Source: Phoronis australis
Taxonomy: Eukaryota; Animalia; Phoronida
Length of the DNA: 64,000 bases
Assembly (NCBI GenBank): GCA_002633005.1
Contig: NMRA01000059.1
Location: forward strand, 1,017,133-1,081,132
Reading direction: 5' to 3'
Shown here: one piece after another, positions 43,417 to 55,801 of the stretch
Numbering within the stretch: position 1 is the stretch's first letter
How the letters are laid out: every line of letters begins with the position of its first letter
The notes under the pieces: generated by a model
Database searches by the model: none
Told to the model about the DNA's origin: nothing
What the model saw: only the letters and a program-made list of their open reading frames with translations
Position numbers and translations under genes: made by a program

Positions 43417-44510
43417 TACCGTAAACTAGCGGGTTTAACGCCCATGACCGGGTATCCACAGCCGACTTTCACGAAGTTTCAATGTAGCGCCTACTTTTTG
43501 GGTAATAGCCCGTCCCCACTTTGCACTAATTTCAGCCTGTCTGGTATTCGATCATCCCCCACTTACCGCTAACAGAATTTGAGCTTCAACTTGTGCTTTT
43601 GTTCGCAGCTTTGCATCGGGCTCGGACTTTGTGTTTTCGGCAAACATGGCATGCTTATGTACAATGCAGTTTTTAGCCGGCATTTGTGGAATAACTTATG
43701 CACCGCAACTACCATTTCTTAAACTTATTAACTGATCTTTTGTTAAATTAATATAGGCTAACACCGTAGATTTTTGTAGAACTGTCGCTTTTCCTACTAC
43801 AAGATTAGTCATGGTTCAGTTATGATCTTGATCCTACTGTGAAGTTATTTACGTGTACAAATTGCATGCACAGAACACAGGATTTTGCTAGATTTATCTC
43901 TTGGGTCGATCCAGATTTGAATTACGCAATTAGTCACGCCCCCTCTTTGCAATTGCACACAATTTGGAGCACGGGATTTTGCTAGACCCCGGGTCGACCC
44001 TGATGTTTGTATTAGCAATTGATCACACACCCCTCTCAAAGTTTGTGTCGGGCCGGATCGAATCGTCCGTGTTTTAATCGAGGAAACGAAATGTAGTCAC
44101 GTTCACTGAACTGAAGCAGTATTTGCTGATATGGTATGTGGACTGCCATTCCAGTTTCATAAAGTTCTACGGTATGACATTTTGCAGTGCTCTGATATAT
44201 TTGAAAACATCTGAGCTTTTAGCAGTGTCTCCCGAAATCGCCCTTTCAAAGTCGAAATCCTGTATCTGTTTGGTCCGTGAGAAACTTTGTGGTTGTCGGT
44301 TTGGCTGATTGACTGAACTTAATACATTGGTTCCGTGTTGGAAAGAACACCCTGCGAGCTTGCCTAGTTTGGCTAAAATTTTTATGTAGGTGCCCACCCC
44401 GACTTTCCAATTTTCGGTTTAAGCGCCTACTCACTGGGTAATCGCCCACCCCCTTGTCTCGGGGTTTCGCAATTTAAACACCCAGGGCATTTACCCGCGA
44501 GTTTATGGTA
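43417..44510. mobile_element. ~1.1-kb non-autonomous Tc1/mariner-pogo-type element between exons 2a and 2b
   Basis: TA|CCGTAAACTaGCGGGT...ACCCGCgAGTTTAtGG|TA. CpG-rich relative to its flanks; internal repeat gggtaat.gccc..ccc; no transposase ORF. Confidence 0.75.
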
Positions 44511-46383
44511 GTATAGTAGGACAGATTACACTAACTTGAATTCTAAATCAATTTATTGTAAGTGCTCTTGTATTCTATTTATTGGTAAAATGTGACAACT
44601 CATCGTAATGTAGAGGGCGCTATAACTGTAAAATCCATAAATACGCATTTCTCTGAAGAAATAATTGTCTTTTGAAAAATAATATTGAAAGCTTGTAGTT
44701 CGAATATCAAAAACGTTATGAATGAGATGCAGAAATAAAGATGGTCGCTTGTTTGCTCTCCGGTTAAGCAATTGTGTAACGTGGACATTTGTGTCGTGAA
44801 ATTTTCTCAAACACGTTGATACCTTTGTCTTGCCATCAACATTATCTTTTTGCTAAATTTTACCAAAAAAGGCACAGTCGCAGGAGCCAATTAAGGACAG
44901 ATTGTTAATAAGACAAAAATCAAATTCTAAAGTCCCAGTTGAGAAAAAAGCTACTTTTACTGAGTTAAATCTGTAGTTTTGTAGAAATTTGGCAAAACAC
45001 ACTTTTCAATAAGGTCTTACACTATATGGATACATTGTGTTAGCATATCCTTTAAGCTGCAACAGTTTCAGGTGATGGAGTTTTCACCAAAGGTGTTACA
45101 AGCACACTGCCTTCGTGGTGAACCAATGAACTGTGTCGCCATATTGGAGAGATATCCCCATTATTGCTAAATTACCATTTAACTGCAGGCATTTCCAGTA
45201 TGTGTAAATGCCAATTGGCCACATCATCAAACATTGATAATACGTCAATATTGCTATAAGCCAAGGCCACACCATGCTAAACTGGGGTAATTTTGGTTTA
45301 ATGGCAAGACCTGACACAGAAATGTCCATATGATGATTATCATCATCGTCGTCATCATCACCACCACCATCATCATCATTCTCATAATAATAGTAATGTT
45401 ATTAATGACAAAAATATATATTGTGAATGTATTAGTAATGACCCCTGCATCAACAAAGAGCGATGCTTGGTTACAAGCAAGCATAGCAAACATTAGCCAT
45501 AGATGAAATTCTCTCACCTAGCAAAACTGTCATGTACAGGTATTAAAGCGAAACCAACCTAATGTTCTTTGTCAAAATTTGGAGTTCCGCTTCCTGGGAA
45601 TCTGAGAATTTGGGCTACAGGCTGTTTTAAGAGCGTTTTGATGAACACCACATTTCATTTACATTGAACAGCGTTAGTAGTTAGTCTTTCCAACTAACAC
45701 CCTGTCAGGTGTCAGTTTATAAAATAATTGTCCCAAGCTCGTGGTGGTGAGAAAAATGTAAAAAGTCAATAATACTGGCGCCATATTCACGTCTCATAAG
45801 ATATTAATAAGTTCATGCAATAAAATTGTCTGGTGCTATGTCTCGCACAAGATGTTGTCATAGACGATCCATTAAACGATGATAACATGAGAGTTAAGAT
45901 ATACCCAAGAACTCGATCACACAGAATGACCACATATACCCAACTCCTCAACTGAACGAGTGCAAAACTGATTCTCTTCACACTTATTATTAGTATAAAG
46001 ATGCAAAAATCGCCAAGCCTAATCTTTGTGTAGTTGTCTCCCCTTTCCTCATCGTTTTGTTTACTTTGATGTTTCTCTTCCTGAAAGCCATGTCTTCTGT
46101 CTCCTACAAACCACCCTATATGTTATTTACACCGTATTAATTCATTGATTTTTTGCAGTTATTGTCTTCGGCTTATTGATGAATCATTCTTTGCAGTAAT
46201 CACTTCTTCCCTCCGCCTCCCCCTATAACATTTTACGCTTCACCTTTGCCTTCAACACAGCTGACCTCTGACCTGCTAATCGTCTGCTGGTGCCCTTGTG
46301 GTGTGTGGTGGCTCCCTCTGTTGGCAGACGTGTTGCCAGTGGCACCCCCTATTGATAGTCTCTCTGTGTTGCCTACATTTTAG

Positions 46384-46474
46384 GTTCATGATGGTCTTGA
46401 TCTGTCTCATCTTTAGTGTTCTGTCAACCATAGATCAGTATGTTGAGTTTGCCAATGAATGCTTGTTTTGGATG
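46384..46474 (+). CDS. KCNQ1: KCNQ1-like exon 2b (duplicate of 2a): [30 protein letters not shown]
   Basis: Acceptor tctctctgtgttgcctacattttag, 91 nt, phase 2 to 0, donor ATG|GTGAGT. 70/91 nt and 26/30 aa identical to exon 2a. Confidence 0.92.
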
Positions 46475-47563
46475 GTGAGTTCTATTTTTTCGCTGACCTG
46501 TAATCAGCTCTGTGTTGTCTGGTGTGTCTACTGTAGTTATTGTGATCACTCAATTTTTAGAATGGCACCTGCTTGCATTCCTTTTTAACATACAGCACTA
46601 AGTCTGTGCGACTGTGGTACTAATTCTTTACACCTGCTAGTTAGACTTGCACTTCTGGAAGTTTTAATAAAATGTGTTCGTTTTACTCAGATGAAGAATA
46701 ATGTAAACAGCAACCTATACTTGAAGCGAGTGTGTACATTTTATGATAACATTACTGATGGTAGGTGCCATCCTCCACTGTTGCCGAATTCAATTTTTTG
46801 TTGATCTTTTAGCTTAATTGCATGGCATGCTATCTGTGTTGCCATGGTATTTTTTGTGACCAGATTGTATTCATCTCAGCACTAGATTTGATTTTGACCC
46901 AGTCTCGTTTGATATCTAATCTAGATGTGATGTGTGTTAAATTTTCACAAATTCAAAACTTTCTTTGTTCTTTCAAGCTGAATGGTTTGAATCTATAACG
47001 GGACTTATTAAACATTTATCATTACATAACTCACTTTGTTCAGTTTTAAAAATAATTCAAAAACATTACAGGTGAAGCAGTAATTTAAAATTTTATTTTG
47101 AAAATTCGATAAGTTGAATTCTGAAAATGGATTTATATAAAACATTTGATAAAATGTGTCTTTCTATTTAGTATTGTTGCTATTTTTGTGATGCATTTTG
47201 GCGTCAATAAAAAGTGTTGAATGTCAAACAAACCCATCACCCTCATGTTATGTAAAATTGGTCTTAAATTGTGACTTAGCCAAATTGGGGGAGATTTCAA
47301 GGCTTAGAAAGAACAGGCAGTTGATTATTGCTTGAGACCAAGTTTGGCATGGTGTCTCAGTGCTGAGCGTGGTCTCAAGGAAAAACCAAGTGTCAGTTCT
47401 TTGGAAACTTGGAAATCACTGGTCATCGGAGTAAGGAGCAACTTGGGACCAATTTTATAGTGGGGAGTGGTCTGAATCAAAAGTTGCCTTCTTGGATGGA
47501 ACTTGTATTTATTGTGGTTTAAAAATGTTTGTTAGTCCCATTAATCTATCGTATGTTTTGCAG

Positions 47564-47690
47564 GAAATTGTGCTGGTTGTGTTTTTTGGCGTTGAATATC
47601 TGGTCAGGCTCTGGTCTGCTGGTTGCCGTAGTAAATATATGGGTATCAGAGGACGGTTTCGGTTCGCTCGAAAACCTATCTCTATCATTG
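47564..47690 (+). CDS. KCNQ1: KCNQ1-like exon 3 (S2 and S2-S3 linker)
   Basis: ttttgcag|GAA...ATTG|gtaagc, 127 nt; [42 protein letters not shown]. Confidence 0.96.
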
Positions 47691-48787
47691 GTAAGCAACC
47701 TGTCTTCACTCAGGCGTTGAAAACTGCACCTCGTGTTTTTTGCATGACAAAATCTTAAATTTTGGTCCACTTGCGCAAATTACCAATAAAAATAGTGGCA
47801 ATGGAAACTCAAATTTCTGTAGTTGTCGCAAGTGAAACAAGCGACAAACTAGAAATTCCTGTGTTAGGGTAAATCAGGTGGATCTCTTTAAGCTGTTTGT
47901 TCTCTGTCTGTTCAGTTGTCAAAAAGAGATACCTTTATTCATTAGCACCATCTGGAGAATATCGAGTCGTCCATTACCACTCTTCTTTTGCAAACTTCAT
48001 CCTGTTGCACAGTAATTAGAGACCTGGGCTTTGTTTCGTGAAAAGTGACTTAAAACTTAAGACAGAAATTTGGTCTTACACTCCACAGAACTATATCTGA
48101 AAAACAATTAAATCTCACTTGAGCAAAAGGCTATGTAAATATAACTGCTACTTACTGTATCAGATGTGATTTCTATCTAGACTTTGATGCATTGGTAATT
48201 ACTTCAGGCTGAGCCCTTGTCTTGGTAGGTTTCCCATTTTGTACAAGAAATGGGGAGGAAGTTTCTACCTAGATATTTTTTCTTATAGCTGCAATGTTAA
48301 GTGACATGAATTTTGTAGCAAAACATTTTTGTTGACTGTGACTTGATGTACACTTTCATTGGAATAAGCATAAAATTAAAAAGAATATGTCTAAAATCGG
48401 ATAATTCATAAATTTGAGGGCGGTTTTATGATTGTTGAAAGCGGACATTGTTTTTCAAAAAAGCCAATGTTTGTTAGTCATGTTTTGTATATCAGTATGC
48501 TTATTTTCCAAGATCGATGTCAAAGAAGTCTTTACTATGTGATCTAATTAATATGTGTTTGTCCTTATGAAAGCAAGTTATATTGCTGTATAGTTCAGTA
48601 AACTGTTAAGGTTTTACACTGACTAGATTGAAAATCGTTTTCCACTTCACTCACTCCTGTCTATATGCTGAAAACAAATGCTGGGATTGCTGACAATGTA
48701 ATGTCAATTTTGTTGACTTGTAATGCCTCACTCTCTTGAGTATTGCGATACAAGAAAGTGTACATTTTCTTGACTTGTTTCTTGCAG

Positions 48788-48866
48788 ATCTTATAGTCGT
48801 TGTTGCCTCCATGATAGTGTTGTCATTTGGTTCCAATGGTCAGGTGTTCGCTGCCTCCGCCATCAG
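48788..48866 (+). CDS. KCNQ1: KCNQ1-like exon 4 (S3 and S3-S4 linker)
   Basis: cttgcag|AT...ATCAG|gtgagt, 79 nt; DLIVVVASMIVLSFGSNGQVFAASAIR. Confidence 0.95.
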
Positions 48867-49036
48867 GTGAGTTTGGCCTTAGTCTTGAAACCCATGGGGG
48901 AGTTCTATAAGGCTAGTGGTCTTGCGAGTTTGCGTAGATCTTCCTTGTCTACGTGATACATCACCTAGCCAAGTGCGTAACCTCTCCAGCTTCACTCTGT
49001 AGGCACAATTGTCATTAAATGTTAATAAGATCCAGT

Positions 49037-49403
49037 CAAGGTACCTAAACTACATGGTCAACGGACTCATAAACACGGTCACGGATGCATGAACACGACT
49101 CACGTACCTGCAAACACCGGTTTACGGATAAAATTTAGATGTCAGCTGACCCAGGAAGCCGATGAGTCCGTGACCTGTGTTTATGGCATGCTTAATCGAA
49201 GTGAACCGTGTTTGGCAGTCCATTTACGGTGTTTCTTCGTGAATGTGAGTCCGTGTCCTGTGTGTTTGGGTGAATGGATCGTGTTTTGTGAGTCCGTTCC
49301 CGTGTTTGTGAGTCAGTGAACGGTGTTTGCAGGTACGTGAGTCGTGTTCATGCGTCCGTGACAGTGTTTATGAGTCTGTTAAGCGTGTAATTTAGGTACC
49401 TTG
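49037..49403 (-). mobile_element. Foldback-type MITE copy 2 (inverted core, deletion in left arm)
   Basis: CAAGGTACCTAAA...TTTAGGTACCTTG; TSD ccagt at 49032-49036 and 49404-49408. Core gacccaggaagccgatgagtccgtga is the reverse complement of the copy 1 core. Confidence 0.88.
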
Positions 49404-49500
49404 CCAGTGCTCTGACTGAATACTGTAACATAATTCAGAAATATTTTTTGAAGGCCTCCCATATTATATGGTGGCAGGATAATAAAAATAGTCAGAATCA

Positions 49501-49697
49501 GCATTCTACAAGGAATAGAATTTTGTATTCTGTCAATTTGCATTCTACAAGGAATAGAATTTTGTATTCTGTCAATTTGCATTCTACAAGGAATAGAATT
49601 TTGTATTCTGTCAATTTGCATTCTACAAGGAATAGAATTTTGTATTCTGTCAATTTGCATTCTACAAGAAATAGAATTTTGTATTCTGTCAATTTGC
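49501..49697. repeat. Minisatellite, 5 x 39 bp
   Basis: Unit gcattctacaaggaatagaattttgtattctgtcaattt; explains the three repetitive ORFs at 49379-49717. Confidence 0.95.
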
Positions 49698-49737
49698 TTT
49701 CTTCTGACTAAAGGCATATTATTAATCTATTTGTTAA

Positions 49738-49977
<240 letters not shown>

Positions 49978-50718
49978 TGATATTTATCAAGTTCAAGTAA
50001 TTAGTGATATATGTTATACCAAAAAAGCGAGATAGTTGGTTCTGTTCTCTGTTGTTTTTTTTTTTTGAAAATAGAGGCAGTGGTGCTGTGTATTTATTTT
50101 TAGTTGGTCACTTTTTCAAAAGAGAAAATTCACTTGAAACGATGAAAAAATTTCATCGCATGGCAAATCATGACCTTTCAAACCTTGCTTACGTGCCTTT
50201 TCACAGCTTTTCAAAAAAAATGAGACCTTGGGTGAAATGGATGTGAGTGGATTGTTTTAATGTTTTCCTCTAGTCGGTGAGTGCAGGTCTCAAAATGTGC
50301 CGAGGTAAAGACCACCACCTGCTATGTATTTTGGTCATATATATATATATAGTTTATAATACATAACATATATTTGCTTGTGTGTGCGTATGTGTGCATA
50401 AGTGCGTACACACGCACATACATACAAACATACATACATACGTGTACACATAAAACTCACTTTGGTCCTTTGGCACTAACCTCTGTGTTGGGTCTTGCGT
50501 GATATGTGGGTCTGCAATTTCTTCAACTATCGTTAGGTGAGTGGAATACTGTTGACCTAAAATATTGGTGTTTATCACTGACCTAAATGCCATGATAAAA
50601 TCTTGTATAGGTTATGGTGTAATTAGACCGAATAGTAGTGATATGATGATATAAGTTGCTCCCCTCAAAGTGATTTTGGAAAGTTTCAAGCAATGGCAAA
50701 GAGCATAATGACATTAGC

Positions 50719-50853
50719 AAAGGAGGTGAAAGCCTCTTAGGAGCTACCAAACAGGCAGTATATAAAGGAGGTGAAAGCCTCTTAGGAGCTACCAAACAGG
50801 CAGTATATAAAGGAGGTGAAAGCCTCTTAGGAGCTACCAAACAGGCACTATAT
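50719..50853. repeat. Minisatellite, 3 x 45 bp
   Basis: Unit aaaggaggtgaaagcctcttaggagctaccaaacaggcagtatat. Confidence 0.93.
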
Positions 50854-51127
50854 CTGTCTTATCTTCTCACAAAATCTTTTTTGAAAGAAAGCGGGGCTTC
50901 ACCTGTCTATCGAGATTTTTTGTAAATAACAGATAACGTGGGTCTGTCAATTGATTCGTATCAAACTTGTTGTAAAATGGAAATGGGTTGCATCTCTGTA
51001 ATAATTTTAAACACTGTTTGTGGCATATCACAGTACACAGTATTCTACCTTCCATATGCTATACTTGGAGAAAAAAGCAGAAATTTGTGTTTCAGTCATC
51101 ATGAATCTTTCTGTCTGTTTCCCACAG

Positions 51128-51271
51128 GAGCTGATCACTACGCTCTACATTGGTTTTCTTGGTCTTATCTTCTCCTCCTATTTTGTTTATCTCGCTGAGA
51201 AGGACAGCGGGCGAGAGAAGGGCGAAAAGACAGATTTCATGAGCTATGCAGATGCCCTCTGGTGGGGTGTG
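51128..51271 (+). CDS. KCNQ1: KCNQ1-like exon 6 (S5, turret, pore helix)
   Basis: cccacag|GAG...GTG|gtatgt, 144 nt; [48 protein letters not shown]. Confidence 0.97.
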
Positions 51272-52081
51272 GTATGTTTTTGAGTATTCTTGTGATAGAA
51301 AATGTTGTGATCTAACGAAGCACTCATCATTTACGGATTGAAGTACATACTCTTGTGAAATTAGCTTTAATGAGTTTGGTATTATTTGTGTCTTCCTGCG
51401 TGTCTTGTGTCAGATATCGAAAAAAACTGTAAATTTACCTCTGAAAGCGTATATTTTCTGAAAGTAGAAATTTTTCACAATTTTATTTTTGAGTTGATGC
51501 CAATCTACCATAAATTGGGTCATTTTCCCATATGTTTTTAGTAGATTATGGCAAAAAACAAATGAGGTCCATTCATAGCAAAACAACAGTTTCAATAACG
51601 CGACCAAATATTACTTGAATTAAATGTTCAAAATGAAATCTCAAAAATCCTTTCATTTTATGAAACTTTGGGATTTGTCATAAAAAGTGCCATGTTTAGA
51701 TAGCGCCCTCAAGCAAAAGTGGAAAGTTTTAAAAGCAATTCCTAACAGCATTGTGGAGTACAGTGTATTAAGTTGTGTTTGAAAGTTTAATTTGAAGCTA
51801 TTTCTGAGATGCAATGTTCACAAGTTAGCCAAATTTGGACATGGGTTCTCCAGAAGCAAAATGTTTGCATAGCATTGAGACCTTTACAGTAGCAGTCAAG
51901 TGTGCTGCAATATAACAAACACAGCAAATGGATTTGTTGCAGCTTGTGAGCGTTGATAAGGTTCCAATCTTCCCAGGGGGGGGTTGTTTATTTTTTTCTT
52001 CCCATGACATAATGCAACATGGCCGTGATGCAATCTATTCACAATATGTCTTGCATCTCTTCAGTTTTGTCATCCTTTCAG

Positions 52082-52192
52082 ATCACAGTGACAACCATTG
52101 GTTACGGTGACACGGTGCCCAAAACATGGATGGGAAAAATCGTAGCCTCCTGTTTCTCCGTGTTCGCCATATCTTTCTTCGCCCTCCCAGCC
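52082..52192 (+). CDS. KCNQ1: KCNQ1-like exon 7 (selectivity filter and S6)
   Basis: cctttcag|ATC...GCC|gtaagt, 111 nt; [37 protein letters not shown]. Confidence 0.98.
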
Positions 52193-52779
52193 GTAAGTGA
52201 TCTCTCGTTCACGTTACCAACTAACTGGAGGTGGTTGCTCTAACCTCTCAACTGAGTCAACGTTCTGTGTACAGGAAGATCTCACTGATTTAGTGGACAT
52301 GATGGCCGACAAGTGAAAGTTTATGTTATTTTTTTTTTTCATGAAACATATGTAGCATCAAATGAACAATGTTCTACGCTCCAAGTTTTATATCACAGCT
52401 ACTATTGGACAAAGTTTTGAACATTTGTGGGCATTTGTAACAAAGTTAGAAGCCCTTGAGAGATGTAGAAGGACATTTTGGCAATTGTTTTTGTTCTGTT
52501 CTAATGGTGACATTTTATCGTAGCTGTCCAATCAGATCATTGCCATCCATTTTGTTAGTGTAGTTGGCTTGAAACATTGTCTGCTTACTTATGAAACGGC
52601 AAAATCTTGCATTGCACTCGCTCAATTTCAAAATTAGGGTATTGAGTGAAAAATCTGTTGGTGACATAACATCTCTAATAGATTGTTGGTGACTTAACAT
52701 CTCTAATAGAATGTTGTTTTAGTTGAATAAGAAATCCACGGTGTATGGTTTCTGGAAAAAGTTGGTCAGACACAAATGA

Positions 52780-53148
<369 letters not shown>

Positions 53149-53626
53149 TGAAGTACTCGTTCTCGACACTTTTTGATGTGGGTAACGCTCAGCTTTTGAA
53201 TCAGGCCAATTACCATCTTATAAAGTTGGTCTCTCTGTGTGTTTCTTAAAGCAGCAAAATACCCCGCCTCGAAGTTAAAAGTTGGTCTCCATTTGTTCCT
53301 TACTCAGATGCAAAGTGAATTTCTATGCTTGCAAAGAATTTACAATTAGTTATTCATTGAGACCACGGTTGGCACATAAATTAACATGCAGTGACTTGTC
53401 AACTTATCAAGCCCTATCTCAAGCAATAACCAACTGTGAGCTCTTCCCAAGCCCAGTAATTGTCTCGAAGCCAAGTAGGGAGCAATTAAGTTAAGACCAG
53501 ATTTGAAGCGGTAAGTGTCTTATTTTTTACGGAAGGTGGGTTATAGTTGTTAATGCTGAAGGAATAAACTCTGTTGTCTAAATTATGAAAAAATGGAAAT
53601 AGTTGAGAATATGTTATGTATTAATC

Positions 53627-53914
53627 TGAAAATTCTCCAATTTGGGTCAGTTAGTAGAATTTGGGACACGGAAACTCCCGCTAAGTTGAATTTTCTTCAT
53701 ACTAGAATTTGGGACAATGGCGATTTTGGCATCCATCATCCTCAAATATCACACAATGTGTTTTCAATCTACAGAGTGGGTAATTTTGCAGTTTTTCTGG
53801 TGATTCTTGAATTTGGGACAGACAATATTGCCTATTTTCAGAATTTAGGATAAGCTCCAATCTTGAGCAAAAAAAATATTTTTTACTGTCCCAAACTGGA
53901 GAATTTTTACCATA
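53627..53914. mobile_element. Second, more decayed copy of the 16901-17244 MITE
   Basis: aaaattctccaatttggg... to ...actgtcccaaactggagaatttttacca|ta; shares ctcc.atcttgagcaaaa. Confidence 0.7.
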
Positions 53915-54256
53915 TTGTATGTTGAGTGCCCAAACACCAGATGGCGTTGCTGCTCTTTGGTCTCAGGTGTTTGCTTTACTTTATTGATGTGGTTTTATTG
54001 GTGCTTAGTTTATTTTAAAATTCATCATCTGCTATTTGTTGAAAGCCTTTTAGTTTTTACTGCCTGCAATTTGGTCTTGCGGTGTGAGCATTATCATTTA
54101 AATGATCACTCCTGCTTTGAAATTTAGTTTAATCCTCTTCTTTGATATTTTACATATGAATAGTAAAACCAAACTTTATGCATTGTAATTAAATTTATCA
54201 GTTAGATTATTACGTAAAATTTTATTCACAAGTTTTTACAATTAATTCTCCTACAG

Positions 54257-54325
54257 TGTCTTTGGCGAGTTCATGCGGCAGAGAAGACATCAAATTCCTT
54301 AGCTACCTGGAAAATGCATATCCAG
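54257..54325 (+). CDS. KCNQ1: KCNQ1-like exon 9 (completes calmodulin-binding IQ helix A and TW motif)
   Basis: tctcctacag|TGT...CAG|gtaagt, 69 nt, phase 0-0; CLWRVHAAEKTSNSLATWKMHIQ versus human [21 protein letters not shown]. Not shown in the ORF track. Confidence 0.92.
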
Positions 54326-55143
54326 GTAAGTATTGCATTGGTCGAGAGAAACACCTGTCATCTAGGACGGTATTCAACACACTTAACTCTCAGTAGAGTT
54401 GTCCTGTCCTGTAAAATTATGTTAAAAGATTATTGACCTCTGAAAAGTGGTCATCAATGTTTCTGGGCCCATTTAGACCATGTGTTGGTCTTGACAGTTT
54501 TTTCCTGACGTAAACGTATTGTGGAAAAAATTTTAAAATTCGAACAAACGCTATTATCAATTTACAAATTTTGCCTTGTTTACCCGTTATTGAAGTTGTT
54601 AAAAATTTCACAATTTGTTGTTTGACGACTATTTTGTAATACAGGGCCCATGGCAAATCTTTACTCGAGCCTCTATTAAAAAATTGACGAATCACATGCC
54701 ACACTTCTAAGGATAAAAAAGAACTTTTTCATTATGGCGCCTCCTAACATTTTGGTGTTGCTGACTACTGACCCATCCCCAGACTATAAGGGTGCTATCT
54801 TCTTGGTCAAATTCTGCAACAACAAACTATAACTAATTGAATAGCAGTACAGTTGTATTTGTTGGAGGACATCCTTTGATTGGTCGTGGGTGGCGCCGAC
54901 TTTACTGACAGTTAGCAATAGATCAATTGCATGACTCATCACTAATATTTCATTTTGTTTTGTGTGTTGCTGCTACTCCAAGGGAATAGACATAACATGT
55001 TAAATACATGCTACTTGTGTCTTTGGCAAATAGTTTGTACTGTTAAATACAGTTTAAATACTGGCTAGTCACTCACAAACTTTGTTGTACCTAACATTTC
55101 ATGAGGACTGTAGAGTTCAGCACCATGGCAACAAGAGAAGACT

Positions 55144-55594
55144 AAGCTGTAGCGCAGAAACCTGGCGTGCGTTCAGTAGACGCTAAGACCTACGCTAGGA
55201 CCTAGCTTAAACCTAGTCAACGTCACGTGTTCTCATTTAAAATGCACGACAATATCTCACGTAATGTCGCGAAGTCCTGCTCTTTAGCGAGGTCCTAGCG
55301 TTACTGAACGGGAGGCTGGAGTGCTTTTCATAGAGGCTAGACACTCATGTGTGAAGCTAGTCTGATCTCGTGTTTTGCTTGTTGTAGTGCTTGGCGATAT
55401 TTCGCGGAGACTTGCAAGAAATGTAATTTTTGGATCTCTGCCCAGTTTTCTGTGGTGAATTCAATGATATCATAGTGTCTTGTTAGTTTAGCGAGTTTAC
55501 GAAAGTTTCTGAAATATCACTGCATATATGTGCTGTTGGGGACATGATCTCGTAAGCTATCAACCGCGAGTGTCTAGCGTTATTGAACACGCCC
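55144..55594. mobile_element. Two adjacent decayed MITEs with related TIRs (about 55144-55317 and 55318-55594)
   Basis: cgttcagtagacgctaagacctacgcta pairs with tagcgaggtcctagcgttactgaacg; gctagacactc pairs with gagtgtctagc followed by gttattgaacacgccc. Confidence 0.55.
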
Positions 55595-55777
55595 TTATAT
55601 TCCTTGCAAACTTTTGTTGTTCTCAACTGAGCTCCCACCATAGAGATCCTAACTTGTAAACATTACGGGAGCTCTGTGACATGCTAATAGCTACGTTTTT
55701 ATGCTGTAGTCGACCGCAGCCACTCAAGCCACTTGTGTTGTAAAACCCTGACGCCTTTTCTTGTTATGTTTTCGTAG

Positions 55778-55801
55778 TCTCTGCAAGGATATTGTGCTAC
55801 G
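55778..55801 (+). CDS. Candidate 24-nt microexon (SLQGYCAT)
   Basis: ccctgac branch-like site, then gccttttcttgttatgttttcgtag acceptor, 24 nt open in phase 0, donor ACG|GTGATT. Prediction only. Confidence 0.35.

Noticed and set aside
38701-46378. Possible docking/selector pairing of tgtaggca (38701) with tgcctaca at the 2b acceptor, and of 37420-37445 with 38483-38496
   Set aside because: Only 8-9 contiguous base pairs, expected by chance in 9 kb; no convincing Dscam-style docking site is visible by eye.
37308-46474. Exon 2 duplicate explained as an uncollapsed haplotype or a pseudo-exon
   Set aside because: About 23% divergence concentrated at synonymous sites, no visible flanking intron similarity, and intact frame and splice sites in both copies.
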